A stretch of 64,000 bases of DNA. Source: Rariglobus sp. GTDB lineage: Bacteria; Verrucomicrobiota; Verrucomicrobiia; Opitutales; Opitutaceae. The notes below the pieces were generated by a model. That model had not been told where the DNA came from and did no database searches. It worked only from the letters and a program-made list of their open reading frames with translations. Of this stretch, positions 1-9,464 are shown one piece after another. Location: contig JBILBW010000001.1 of NCBI GenBank assembly GCA_044353465.1, forward strand, positions 20,494 through 84,493. The letters run 5' to 3'. Made by a program: the position numbers and the translations under genes. Every line of letters begins with the position of its first letter. The first letter of the stretch is position 1.

Positions 1-104
1 GGGATGGGGGGCTTGGACCGCAGCGCGGGGGGAAATTAACCGCAGGGTTTATCCCTGCCGCCCTCTTGACGACTTCGAGCGGTGCCGACTTGCTCGACGG
101 CACT

Positions 105-848
105 ATGGAATGGCTACTTGATCCGCAAATCTGGGTTTCCCTGCTCACGCTCACCGCGCTCGAAATCGTGCTGGGTATCGACAACGTGATTTTCATCTCG
201 ATTCTGGCCGGCAAATTACCGGCCCACCAGCAGGAGCGGGCCCGTAAGCTCGGTCTGGCGCTGGCGCTGGTCACCCGCATCCTGTTGCTGTGCAGTATCA
301 CCTGGTTGATGAAACTCACCACGGACCTGTTTACCCTGCCGCTTTTGAACGAGGGCATTTCGGGCAAGGATTTGATTCTGCTCGTCGGCGGTCTGTTCCT
401 GATCGGCAAGAGCGTGGTTGAGGTGCACGAGAAGCTGGAGGGGGCCGAGGGGCATGCCAACCCGGTTGGCCGGGGCGCCCAATTTGCCCGCGTGATCGTG
501 CAGATCCTCCTGCTCGACATCGTGTTCTCCCTCGACTCCGTCATCACCGCTGTCGGCATGGCGGATAATCTCGGGGTGATGATCACTGCGGTGATTATCG
601 CCCTGGGGGTTATGCTGGCCTTTGCCGGCGCGATCAGTGAGTTCGTCAACCGCCACCCGACGGTGAAGATGCTGGCGTTGTCCTTCCTGATTTTGATTGG
701 CGTGACCCTCGTGGGTGAAGCCCTCGGCCAGCACATCCCCAAGGGCTACATTTATTTCTCCATGGCCTTCGCCTTCGGGGTGGAAATGTTGAACCTCCGG
801 TTGGCCAAGAAGGCCGCGCCAGTCCACCTGCACTCGCCGATCAAATAA
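105..848 (+). CDS. TerC family integral membrane protein
   Basis: The multi-TM ORF carries the LEIVLGIDNVIFISIL motif typical of TerC/YoaE-like proteins. ATG 105 (MEWLLDPQIW) is preferred over the TTG at 66 listed in the track. Confidence 0.8.
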   Translation: MEWLLDPQIWVSLLTLTALEIVLGIDNVIFISILAGKLPAHQQERARKLGLALALVTRILLLCSITWLMKLTTDLFTLPLLNEGISGKDLILLVGGLFLIGKSVVEVHEKLEGAEGHANPVGRGAQFARVIVQILLLDIVFSLDSVITAVGMADNLGVMITAVIIALGVMLAFAGAISEFVNRHPTVKMLALSFLILIGVTLVGEALGQHIPKGYIYFSMAFAFGVEMLNLRLAKKAAPVHLHSPIK

Positions 849-959
849 GCGAAGCTTGCGGACGGCCCGGGACGGGGAGGGCGCCCGGGGCCAAGTTCTC
901 GGCGGGGCGCTTCCAGCAGCCGCCCCGGCGGCGAGCTTGAGCTCCCGGGCTTCGGTTGC

Positions 960-1481
960 TTAGGCCATCGCCACGCTGATGGTCCGATCGGGCAGTTTGA
1001 TGGTGAGCACGCCCGAGCCCATGTCCAGGTGGAGGGTGCGGTTAAGGGTCCCGCCGACCTCTCCGCCCACCAGGCGGCAGCCATAGACGGCGATCATTTT
1101 GCGGACGGCTGCGACGTTGCGCTCGCCGATTTTGAAGTTGTCCGGCCCGGACAGCACCGAGGCCCCGCCGGCCATAAACAGGTTGATGCGGCTGCGTTGG
1201 GCCCGCACCCCGTTGAGCGCGTTAAACAGGGCGGGGATACCGGTGTCGGCAAACATGGCGGGTTTCTCGACCGCTTTGCCCGGAGCCAGCATGGATTCGG
1301 GTAACATCAGGTGGAGCAGGCCGCCGGCTTTCGCCACCGAATCGTACGCCACCAACCCGACGCACGAACCCAGCGCGTAGGTGCTCAGCGTGGCCTGGAT
1401 CTGGCTGGCGACGGCCAGTTCGGCGACCCCGACGACGATGCGTTGGGCAAAGATGCTCGCAATGGTAGGTGAGCCAGCCAT
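960..1481 (-). CDS. cheD: Chemoreceptor glutamine deamidase CheD
   Basis: The 173-aa protein contains ALGSCVGLVAYD...GGLLHLMLP...GGASV...IGERN, all CheD family signatures. It is the last gene of a che operon. Confidence 0.85.
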   Translation of the reverse strand: MAGSPTIASIFAQRIVVGVAELAVASQIQATLSTYALGSCVGLVAYDSVAKAGGLLHLMLPESMLAPGKAVEKPAMFADTGIPALFNALNGVRAQRSRINLFMAGGASVLSGPDNFKIGERNVAAVRKMIAVYGCRLVGGEVGGTLNRTLHLDMGSGVLTIKLPDRTISVAMA

Positions 1482-1489
1482 GGGCGAGA

Positions 1490-2761
1490 TCAGGAATAAA
1501 CCAACAGGCGTTGACTGATCGGGGCCATCAGGTTGTGGCTGCGAATTTTGGCAATCATGCCGACGTTGAGCGGCTGGCCCTCGCTGACCAGGAGCAGCCC
1601 GTGCGGGCTGTAAATGCCGCTGGCCAGCACCATGCCCGCCTTGAGGTCATCGAGCATGACCTCGCGCACGCTGCGCGGCAGGGGCTGCATGCGGGTGGTG
1701 GTGCGGAAGAGCCGGACGGCCTCCGGATCGAGCTGCTTGCCCGACTGGGCGGCAATCACCTCCAGCGCCTGCGCGGTTGGCAGGCTGGTCTCGACGAAGG
1801 CCACCGCCACCGCCAGGCAGCGCGCCGTCCACGGGATCGACTGGCCGGAGAGCCCGTCGGGAAAGCCACTGCCGTCAAAGTGTTCGTGGTGGGCGCGGAC
1901 CGTCTCGCCCACCAGGGGGCGACCATCGATGTGGCCGGCGAGGGTTTGGCTGTAAACGGGGTGGTTATGGATGCCCGCCAGCTCGCGCTCACTGAGTTTG
2001 TCGGGCTCGCGGTGGAAGAGCCGGTAAACCTCACGCGAGACGCCGATCAAACCGAGGTCACAGAGCCAGGCACTGGTCTTGAGCACCTCCCGTTGCTCGG
2101 GCGTGAAGTGATCCGAGCAGGCCATTTGAGTGGCGATGGCGGCGACCGTCTGGGTTTGGCCGGCCAGCAGCGGGTCATAGGTGGCGAGGATGCGGCTGCA
2201 CAGTTCCAGCGACAGGTCGTAGCGGCGGCCCAACTCCTGGTTGGCTTTGTCCAGGCAGCGGCGCTGCTCTTCGAGGGCGGTGACTTGGGTGGCAAGGGCG
2301 GCGTTGGCCTGGACGAGTTTGAGATTGAGCGAGGAGGATTCGGCCAGCAGGCGCTGGTTTTGCGTGAGCAGTTCGTAGCGGTTGGCCGCATTGCGCACCG
2401 TGACAATGAGCTCCTCGCGCAGCCACGGCTTGGCGAGGAAGCGGTAAATTTCGCCCCGGTTGATCGCCTCCACCAGGGTGGGCAGGGAAAGCACCGCGGT
2501 GATGAGAATCCGGGTGGCCTGGGGCTGGATCCGCTGGCATTCGACGAGGAAGTCCATGCCCGACATCGCCGGCATGAGGTGGTCGGAGATGATCACCCCG
2601 AAGGCGCGTTCTTGCAACAGGTCGATGGCCCGCCGCGGGTCGGTGGTGGTGACCACATGGAATTGTTGGCGTTCCAGTACCTCTTTAAGGCCGGCAAGGA
2701 TGCGCGGTTCGTCATCGACGACGAGCAGGGTCTGGGCGGTGGTGGAATCGGGTTGATTCAT
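1490..2761 (-). CDS. Response regulator with receiver domain plus HD-GYP domain
   Basis: The start is set at ATG 2759-2761 (MNQPDSTTAQTLLVVDDEP), which overlaps the cheB stop as ATGA. The track ORF extends to 3187, but that extension is Arg/Pro-rich junk overlapping cheB. The receiver residues are present (DDE, VIISDHLMP, LAKPW), as is the HHEHFDGSGFP signature. Confidence 0.85.
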   Translation of the reverse strand: MNQPDSTTAQTLLVVDDEPRILAGLKEVLERQQFHVVTTTDPRRAIDLLQERAFGVIISDHLMPAMSGMDFLVECQRIQPQATRILITAVLSLPTLVEAINRGEIYRFLAKPWLREELIVTVRNAANRYELLTQNQRLLAESSSLNLKLVQANAALATQVTALEEQRRCLDKANQELGRRYDLSLELCSRILATYDPLLAGQTQTVAAIATQMACSDHFTPEQREVLKTSAWLCDLGLIGVSREVYRLFHREPDKLSERELAGIHNHPVYSQTLAGHIDGRPLVGETVRAHHEHFDGSGFPDGLSGQSIPWTARCLAVAVAFVETSLPTAQALEVIAAQSGKQLDPEAVRLFRTTTRMQPLPRSVREVMLDDLKAGMVLASGIYSPHGLLLVSEGQPLNVGMIAKIRSHNLMAPISQRLLVYS

Positions 2762-3906
2762 TTGCTTAAAAGGGGGTGGCCGGCCAGGCGGGTGATGTGG
2801 GTGGCGATGTCTTCGAGCGGGAGTTGCGCGGCTGCGCCGCCTTGTTCCCAGGCCTCTTTGGGCATGCCGTAGACGACGCTGCTGGCCTCGTCTTGGGCGA
2901 AGGTGGTGGCGCCGGCCTTGCGCAGGCGCAACAGGCCCTCCGCTCCGTCCTTGCCCATGCCGGTGAGCACCCCGCCGATCACGTGGGGACAGTGCAACTC
3001 GGGCACGGATTTGAACAAAACATCGACCGCCGGACGTTGGTGCCAGACTTGGGGCCCGCTGTTGAGTTCGACCCGGTAGCCGGTGCCGGTCCAGCGCAGC
3101 AACAGGTGGAAGCCACCCGGGGCCACCAAGGCGATGCCCGGGGGCAGGGGTTCGCCATCGACGGCCTCGCGCACCGGGAAGGCGCACAGGGTGTTGAGGC
3201 GATCGGCGAACGCCTTGGAAAAGTGGGCGGGGATGTGCTGGACGATGGCGATGGGGGGGAGGCCGGCGGGCAGACTGACGAGCACCTCGCGCAAGGCCTC
3301 GGTGCCGCCGGTGGATGCGCCCAGCACGATGAGTTGGCGCGGGTCGCCGCGGAAGGCGGTGGGCAAGTGGGGGCGGGGCGGGGCCAGGGGCGTTTTGGTG
3401 CGGACCGGCGCGGCTGCCATGCTGGCGGCGACGCCCAGCTTGGGCGCGGCCGCGAGGGCGGTGGCGGGCGTCAGCGCGGGACGACGAATGCGGGCCCGCG
3501 CCGCCGCCTTGATTGCATGGATGAGTTGCGGGCCGAGCTCGCCGAAACTGAAGGCGCCGCCGGGCTTGGCCAACACGTCGACCGCACCCAGGCGCAGTGC
3601 CTCGATCGCCTGTTGGGAGCCCTGTTGGGTCAAGGAACTCATCATGACCACCGGCATGGGCCGTTCGCGCATGAGGATGCTTAGAAAGCTTAACCCGTCC
3701 ATGCGGGGCATTTCCACGTCCAGGGTGAGCACGTCGGGATTGAGCTCCAGGATGCGGTCCTTGGCGATGAACGGATCGGAGGCCGTGCCGACCACGGTGA
3801 TGCCGGGCTCGGCACTGAGGGCCTGGGTGACCAGGCGGCGAACGACTGCGGAGTCGTCCACCACCAAAACCTTGATGGGGCGGGGGGGTTCCATGCCGTA
3901 GCTCAA
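2758..3906 (-). CDS. cheB: Protein-glutamate methylesterase/glutaminase CheB
   Basis: An N-terminal receiver (KVLVVDDSAVVR, LDVEMPRMDG) is followed by a methylesterase domain (GASTGG, HMP-like IVQHIP, GMGKDGA). Confidence 0.9.
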   Translation of the reverse strand: MSYGMEPPRPIKVLVVDDSAVVRRLVTQALSAEPGITVVGTASDPFIAKDRILELNPDVLTLDVEMPRMDGLSFLSILMRERPMPVVMMSSLTQQGSQQAIEALRLGAVDVLAKPGGAFSFGELGPQLIHAIKAAARARIRRPALTPATALAAAPKLGVAASMAAAPVRTKTPLAPPRPHLPTAFRGDPRQLIVLGASTGGTEALREVLVSLPAGLPPIAIVQHIPAHFSKAFADRLNTLCAFPVREAVDGEPLPPGIALVAPGGFHLLLRWTGTGYRVELNSGPQVWHQRPAVDVLFKSVPELHCPHVIGGVLTGMGKDGAEGLLRLRKAGATTFAQDEASSVVYGMPKEAWEQGGAAAQLPLEDIATHITRLAGHPLLSK

Positions 3907-4733
3907 GCGAGCGGTTTCTGGTAGGTGGCCGCCCGAATCAACTTAAGGCCGTGATTGATGCCGGTGAGGCTTTCGGAATGGCCGACCAGCAGGTAGCCGC
4001 CCGGCACCAGCCGGGCCTTGAGCCGGTTAATCAACTCTTCCTGGGTGGCCCGGTCGAAGTAGATCATCACATTGCGGCAGAAAATGATTTGGAAGGGCTC
4101 GGTGAACGGCGGCTCGCCCTCGAGCAAGTTGAGTTGGCTGAAGCGCACGGTGTCGCGAATGGCCGCCTTGACCCGGTAGAGCCCGGCCTGTTCGGCGAAG
4201 CCGGTCTGGAAATAAGCTTTAGCGGTGGCGGCGGGCATCCGGGCCACGGTCTCGGCCGGGTAGATGCCGGCCTTGGCTTTGGCGAGGATCCGGGTGGAGA
4301 TGTCGGTCGCCTCGAATTGGCGCGGCCAGGCCGGGGGGTGGGCGGCAAAATACTCGTCGAGGGCAATGGCGACCGAGTAGACCTCCTCGCCGCTGGAACT
4401 GGCTGCACTCCATACCCGCAGGGTGGACCAAGCTGCCTTCTGCCGCCGCCGCACCAACTCGGGCAGGATGATCTCTTTGAGCGCGGCAAAGTGGCCCTCT
4501 TCACGGAAAAAATAGGTGTGGTTGGTGGAGATGACGTCGATCAGGTTGCCCAATTCCTCTGCGCCGGCCGGGGTGCGCAACAGTTCGCAGTAGGCGCTGA
4601 TGCTGTCCTTGCCGGTGGCGCGCAGCCGTTTGCCCAAACGCGCACTGACCAGCTCCTGTTTGTCATCACCGAGATTTATGCGGCTGTTTTTGTAAACAAG
4701 GTCGCGGATGAACTGATAATCTTTGGCCTGCAT
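3903..4733 (-). CDS. cheR: Chemotaxis protein methyltransferase CheR
   Basis: The CheR N-terminal helical domain is followed by a SAM-binding fold (RVWSAASSSGEEVYS, IFCRNVMIYFD). Its stop overlaps the cheB start. Confidence 0.9.
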   Translation of the reverse strand: MQAKDYQFIRDLVYKNSRINLGDDKQELVSARLGKRLRATGKDSISAYCELLRTPAGAEELGNLIDVISTNHTYFFREEGHFAALKEIILPELVRRRQKAAWSTLRVWSAASSSGEEVYSVAIALDEYFAAHPPAWPRQFEATDISTRILAKAKAGIYPAETVARMPAATAKAYFQTGFAEQAGLYRVKAAIRDTVRFSQLNLLEGEPPFTEPFQIIFCRNVMIYFDRATQEELINRLKARLVPGGYLLVGHSESLTGINHGLKLIRAATYQKPLA

Positions 4734-4939
4734 AGGGAATGCCTAAGTCTATCGGCGCTTCGCCCCAAAAATGAACCGGCGGCCGCCAAATCGTGGAATT
4801 TAATCGGACCCGGCGGCCGGCAGTTTTTGCCGGACCCCGCCCGGGTGGCGCTTGGGCGGCTCCTGGGGGGCGCCGGTTCCGGGCTTATTTGTTTTTCTAA
4901 CGGTTGAAGCCGAGTTGGATACGGCGGTGGGTGGCTGGC

Positions 4940-4955
4940 TGGCACCGGCTTTGCT
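4940..4955 (+). promoter_or_regulatory. Sigma-54 type -24/-12 promoter upstream of flgB
   Basis: TGGCACcggctTTGCT has GG at 4941-4942 and GC at 4953-4954, which is the canonical 12-nt offset. An AT-rich tract (cttatttgtttttct) lies upstream. Confidence 0.6.
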
Positions 4956-4967
4956 ATTGAATCGCCG

Positions 4968-5360
4968 ATGATCGAGCCCGTCGCCAACAACATCAATTAC
5001 CAGCTTGCCCGAAAGCTGCTGGATGCCTCGGTGATGCGCCAAGAGGCCATCGCCAACAACATCGCCAACGTCGACACCCCCGGTTACCGCCGCCTCGATG
5101 TGGCCGCCGACTTCGGCCAGAAGCTCCGGGCCCAGTTTGCCCCCGGCGCCACCCGCCAGGCCGGGGCCATCGACTCGCTGCGACCCCGCTTGGAGGTCGA
5201 TAACACCGTGCATTCCGTTCGCCCCGACGGTAACAGCGTCGAGCTCGAGTCCGAGTTGATGGCCATGGGCCGCAACCGCGTGGATCACGAATTCCTGACC
5301 GAACTGGTCAGCCGCAACATCAAGCAGCTGAAGATGGCCATCTCCGGCCACGCCGCTTAA
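4968..5360 (+). CDS. flgB: Flagellar basal-body rod protein FlgB
   Basis: The 130-aa protein has the N-terminal rod signature NNIANVDTPGYRR and begins a flgB-flgC-fliE order. Confidence 0.9.
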   Translation: MIEPVANNINYQLARKLLDASVMRQEAIANNIANVDTPGYRRLDVAADFGQKLRAQFAPGATRQAGAIDSLRPRLEVDNTVHSVRPDGNSVELESELMAMGRNRVDHEFLTELVSRNIKQLKMAISGHAA

Positions 5361-5373
5361 CCGCTTACCCGCC

Positions 5374-5802
5374 ATGGATATTCTCTCCGGCATCGCCTCC
5401 ACCGACAGCGCCCTGACCGCCCAACGCACCCGGCTTGACGTCATCGCGCAAAACATCGCCAACGCCCACACCACCCGCGGCCCCGACGGCCTGCCTTACC
5501 AGCGCCGGGTGGTCAGTTTCGCCAGCGAGATGCAGCGCGCCCAACAGTCGTTCGGCTCGAATGGCGCGGGATTGTCCACCGTGCGCGTCTCCGAGATCTC
5601 CAACGACACCACCCCCGGCCAGCGCATCAACGATCCGACCAGTCCCGATGCCGACAGCAGGGGCATGGTCACCCTGCCCAACGTTAACCTGGCCTTCGAA
5701 ATGGTGGACCTGATTTCGGCTTCCCGCGCCTACGAGGCCAACCTGACGGTGGCGAAAAACTCCCGGCAGATGGCGCTCAAAACCTTGGAAATCGGCAAGT
5801 AA
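5374..5802 (+). CDS. flgC: Flagellar basal-body rod protein FlgC
   Basis: The sequence shows QNIANAHTTRGPDGLPYQRR and a C-terminal SRAYEANL rod motif. Confidence 0.9.
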   Translation: MDILSGIASTDSALTAQRTRLDVIAQNIANAHTTRGPDGLPYQRRVVSFASEMQRAQQSFGSNGAGLSTVRVSEISNDTTPGQRINDPTSPDADSRGMVTLPNVNLAFEMVDLISASRAYEANLTVAKNSRQMALKTLEIGK

Positions 5803-5825
5803 GTTAACCGCCCTCCCTTCCCCCC

Positions 5826-6164
5826 ATGGCACTCATCGGCGCAGCTCTCCCCATTTCCGCACAAACCCTCCGGCCTCCGCTCGACCTGGCCCCGGCCCGG
5901 GAGAGTTTCGCGCCCAAGTCCACCGGCGGCAGCACGCCTGCGGGCGGCGCCTTTGGCGAGATTTTCAGCAAGTTGGTCACCGATGTGGAGCAGCGCCAAG
6001 CCAAGGCCAGTGAGGTCACCCGCTCGGTGCTGATGGGCGACAACCCCAATCTGCACCAAAGTGTGATCGCCATGCAGGAAGCCTCCGTCTCCTTCGGCCT
6101 GATGGTCGAGGTGCGCAACAAGGTGGTCGAGTCGTACCAAGAACTCATGCGCATGCCGGTTTAA
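5826..6164 (+). CDS. fliE: Flagellar hook-basal body complex protein FliE
   Basis: The 112-aa protein has the C-terminal LHQSVIAMQEASVSFGLMVEVRNKVVESYQELMRM motif typical of FliE. Confidence 0.85.
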   Translation: MALIGAALPISAQTLRPPLDLAPARESFAPKSTGGSTPAGGAFGEIFSKLVTDVEQRQAKASEVTRSVLMGDNPNLHQSVIAMQEASVSFGLMVEVRNKVVESYQELMRMPV

Positions 6165-6213
6165 GCCGCCGGTTTTTTCGCCCCGCCCCGCTTCTTAGAC
6201 CCCTCCCCACCAG

Positions 6214-7821
6214 ATGAACCCCTTCCTCCAGTCCATCGTCGCCCTCTGGGGCCAACTCGGCCTCAACCAGCGCGTCTCCCTGATCGTGGCCGCCGTGGCG
6301 GTGGCGGGCGTGGTCACGGGTTTGACGGTCTGGTCGCACCAGCCGGATTATCAACTGCTCTACGGTCGGCTGAAGGAGAAAGACGCGGCGGCCATCGTCA
6401 CCACCTTGCAGACCCAGGGGATCAAGCACCGCGTCGGTCTGGGCGGGGGCAACATTTACGTGCCGGCCGATCAGGTCCACCGCTTGCGCATGGAGTTGGC
6501 CGCCAAGGGCCTGCCCGGTGGTGACGGGGTCGGTTACGAGATTTTCGACAAGGGCCAGTTCGGCCTGAGCGACTTCGTCCAACGCACCAATTACAACCGC
6601 GCGATCCAGGGCGAGCTGGCCCGCACCATCAGCCAGCTCGACGGCGTGGCCTCGGCCCGCGTCATGATCGTGCAACCGGAAAACCGCCTCCTGCTCACCG
6701 AGCAGGGCATCAAGCCGACCGCCTCGGTGTTCATTGAGGTCAATAGCCGGCTGGAGAGCGAGGCGGTCAACTCCATCCGCCACCTGGTGGCCAACGCCGT
6801 CCAGGGCCTGACTCCCGACGAGGTGGCGGTGGTGGACCAACGCGGCCGGGTGCTCTCCTCCGAGTTGAAGGAAGACCCGCTGCTCGGCAGCGCCTCCAGC
6901 CTGATCCGCTACCGCCAGCAGGTGGAGGATTACTTTGCCAAAAAGATCGAGGGTATGCTCACCCCGGTGCTGGGGGTCGGCCAGGCCATCGTCCGGGTCT
7001 CGGCCGATATCGACAACGAGTCGGCCACCCTGACCGAGGACAAATTTGACCCGGAAGGGGCGGTCATCCGCTCGCAGTCCAACACCGAGGACAGCAACAG
7101 CTCGCAGGAGGCGCGCAAAACCGGCACCACCGGGGTAAGCGCCAACACCCCCGGGACGCCCGGGGCCCCCGCCTCCGCCCCCGAGCCGGCCACTGTGACC
7201 AACGCTCAGAATCGCAAAAACCAGTCGATCAGTTACGAGATTAACCGAAAGACCACCAGCGTGAAGCGTAACCCCGGGGCGATCAAATCGCTGAGCGCGT
7301 CGGTGTTTGTCGCCGCCCGCCCCCCGGTGCCCGCTGCGGTGGTCGCCGGCCAGCCGCCCGCCCCGGCCACCCCGGCCCCGGCCCGCACCCCGGCCGAGCT
7401 CGACGGCCTGCGCCGCATCGTCATCAACGCCCTCGGGCTCAAGCCGGCCCCCGGCCAAAACCTCGAGGAGTTGGTCAGCTTGCAGGAGACCGCCTTCCAG
7501 CCGGTGGTGGTCGACGAGCAGATCAAGTCGATGGCCACGGAGGGCCGGGTGCAGAACTGGGTCGAAACCGCCTCGCGTTACCTCGCCGTGGTCATCGCCC
7601 TGGGCGCGTTCTTTATCTTCTTCCGCATGCTCCGCAGCCAACGGCCCGAGCCCGTGCCGGTGGAGTTACTCAGCCTCAACGGCAGCTCCGCCGGGTCGCG
7701 CACCGCCTCCAACAAACCCGTCAGCTTGACCCCGGAGATACTCAACGAGCTCATTCGGCAAAAACCCGCCAACGTCGGAACTGCCCTGCGCGATTGGGTG
7801 GCCGCCAGCAAACGCAACTAA
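6214..7821 (+). CDS. fliF: Flagellar MS-ring protein FliF
   Basis: The 535-aa protein has an N-terminal TM, YscJ/FliF-type periplasmic repeats (LYGRL...AAAIV..L...GI), a second TM and a C-terminal FliG-binding tail. Confidence 0.9.
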   Translation: MNPFLQSIVALWGQLGLNQRVSLIVAAVAVAGVVTGLTVWSHQPDYQLLYGRLKEKDAAAIVTTLQTQGIKHRVGLGGGNIYVPADQVHRLRMELAAKGLPGGDGVGYEIFDKGQFGLSDFVQRTNYNRAIQGELARTISQLDGVASARVMIVQPENRLLLTEQGIKPTASVFIEVNSRLESEAVNSIRHLVANAVQGLTPDEVAVVDQRGRVLSSELKEDPLLGSASSLIRYRQQVEDYFAKKIEGMLTPVLGVGQAIVRVSADIDNESATLTEDKFDPEGAVIRSQSNTEDSNSSQEARKTGTTGVSANTPGTPGAPASAPEPATVTNAQNRKNQSISYEINRKTTSVKRNPGAIKSLSASVFVAARPPVPAAVVAGQPPAPATPAPARTPAELDGLRRIVINALGLKPAPGQNLEELVSLQETAFQPVVVDEQIKSMATEGRVQNWVETASRYLAVVIALGAFFIFFRMLRSQRPEPVPVELLSLNGSSAGSRTASNKPVSLTPEILNELIRQKPANVGTALRDWVAASKRN

Positions 7822-7836
7822 GCCCTTTTCCCCGCC

Positions 7837-8862
7837 ATGGCCGACGTCGACTACACCAAGCTTAACCGCACGCAAAAACTCGCGGTCTTCCTGATCATCG
7901 TCGGGCCGGATATGGCAGCGGAAATCTTCAAGCACTTCGACGATGATCAGATCGAGTCGATCTGCCGCGAGATGGGCCAACTGACGGTGGTGCCGGACGC
8001 GGCCCGCACCGCCGCCTTGGAGGAGTTTGCCCCCTTGGTGGGCGACAGTTTGGGCTGCACCCTGGGCGGCATGGACTATGCCCGGCGCACGCTGGAGTTG
8101 TCCAAGGGCGAATATAAGGCCGGTTTGCTACTCTCCCGGGTAGGCGCCGCCCCCATGCCCGGCGATAACAACGGGATCATGGACGAAATCAGTGCGATGG
8201 AAGGCCGGCAGATCTTTAATCTCCTGCGCGACGAGCAGCCCCAGACCGTGGCCTACCTGCTCTCCCACCTCTCCCCGGCCAAGTCCGCCGAGGTGTTTAT
8301 GCTTTTGCCGGTGGATCAGCGCGAAGAGGTCGTCGAGCGGCTCGGCACCATTGAAAGCACCCCGACCGACCTGGCAGGCAAGATCGTGCGCAGCCTCACC
8401 AAGCACGTCTCCTCCAAATCGGCCGTGCCCTACCATTCCAGCGGCGGGGTGCGCGCCGTGGCCGATCTGCTCAACTTGCTCGACAAGGAAAACTCCAAAG
8501 TCCTGCTGTCGCGCATCGAAGAGCGCAATCAGACCCTCGGCGCCTCCGTGCGTCGCAAGATGTTCAGCTTCGACGATATCCGCCGCCTCTCCCCGGCCGA
8601 TCTGCAGCGGGTGTTGCGCGAAGTCGATTCGTCGCACCTGGCGACGGCGATGAAGTCCGCCACCGAGGCGTTGCGGGAAAACATTTACGGAGCCATTTCC
8701 AAGCGTGCCGCCGAGGCCCTGCGCGACGAAATTTCCATGCTCGGGCCGATCCGCCTCAAGGACGTCGAGGTGGCCCAGGACGCCATCATCCAGGTGGTCC
8801 GCCGCCTGGAGGAAGAAGGCGCCATCAGCCTGGGCGACGGCGACGGCGCCATGGTGAACTAA
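7837..8862 (+). CDS. fliG: Flagellar motor switch protein FliG
   Basis: The 341-aa protein shows LTRTQKLAVFLI-like KLAVFLIIVGPDMAAEIFKHF and MFSFDDI motifs and a charged C-terminal torque helix. Confidence 0.9.
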   Translation: MADVDYTKLNRTQKLAVFLIIVGPDMAAEIFKHFDDDQIESICREMGQLTVVPDAARTAALEEFAPLVGDSLGCTLGGMDYARRTLELSKGEYKAGLLLSRVGAAPMPGDNNGIMDEISAMEGRQIFNLLRDEQPQTVAYLLSHLSPAKSAEVFMLLPVDQREEVVERLGTIESTPTDLAGKIVRSLTKHVSSKSAVPYHSSGGVRAVADLLNLLDKENSKVLLSRIEERNQTLGASVRRKMFSFDDIRRLSPADLQRVLREVDSSHLATAMKSATEALRENIYGAISKRAAEALRDEISMLGPIRLKDVEVAQDAIIQVVRRLEEEGAISLGDGDGAMVN

Positions 8863-8879
8863 CCGTAACGCCTGCCCTC

Positions 8880-9464
8880 ATGGCCACCCATTCCCACGTC
8901 ATCGCTTTCGACCGGCCCCTGGTCGCCGCCCAACTCACGTTTGGGGCGGTGCGCGAACACACCGCGGGCGAACTCCTGGCCGCACGCGTGGCCGGCTACC
9001 AGGCCGGGCAGGATATCGCCCACGACTTTTCCAACCAGCAGATTGTCGAACTGCGCTCGGAAATGCAGGTGCTGCAGTCGGGGGTTTTGACCCGGCTCAG
9101 CGAGGCGCAGGCGGAACTCACCGCCCAGGTCCGCCGGGCCTTGCCGCAGTTGGCGGTGGAGATCGGCCAGCGCCTGCTGGCCGGGTTCGTGCCCCCGCCC
9201 GAGCTGGTCGACAAACTGTGCCGCGAGGCCCTCGACCAACTTTACCCGGAGCGCGACGGGCTGGAGCTGGTGGTGGGCCCGCGCGATGCCGCCGCCCTCG
9301 AGCGCCTGGTGCCCTCCTGGCGGGCGCACTTCACCAACCTGCGCATCACCATCGACGACACCCTCAACCCCGGCGACTGCCTGGTGCGCAGCCGCTTCGG
9401 AGTCACTGACGCCCGCGGCCAATCCAAACTCGACAGCCTCAAACAGGAGCTCCTCGGCGCATGA
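8880..9464 (+). CDS. fliH: Flagellar assembly protein FliH
   Basis: The call rests on position between fliG and fliI, a size of 194 aa, a C-terminal FliH-like domain, and an overlap with the fliI start. Confidence 0.75.
   Translation: MATHSHVIAFDRPLVAAQLTFGAVREHTAGELLAARVAGYQAGQDIAHDFSNQQIVELRSEMQVLQSGVLTRLSEAQAELTAQVRRALPQLAVEIGQRLLAGFVPPPELVDKLCREALDQLYPERDGLELVVGPRDAAALERLVPSWRAHFTNLRITIDDTLNPGDCLVRSRFGVTDARGQSKLDSLKQELLGA

Noticed and set aside
216-833. A long antisense ORF lies opposite the TerC gene. Similar antisense or overlapping ORFs include 1469..2872, 6145..7641, 11421..12809, 20181..21314, 26452..28059, 39790..41829, 41846..43414, 49056..50138, 50310..51389 and 55501..56985.
   Set aside because: All of these lie opposite or overlap genes with clear family signatures. 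Their translations are Arg/Gly/Pro/Ala/His-rich low-complexity strings with no motifs, as expected for stop-poor alternative frames in GC-rich DNA.
2762-3187. The track gives the receiver/HD-GYP ORF an N-terminal extension of 142 aa.
   Set aside because: The extension overlaps the 3' half of cheB in another frame and is Arg/Pro-rich junk. The ATG at 2759-2761 gives a normal receiver N-terminus and an ATGA overlap with cheB.
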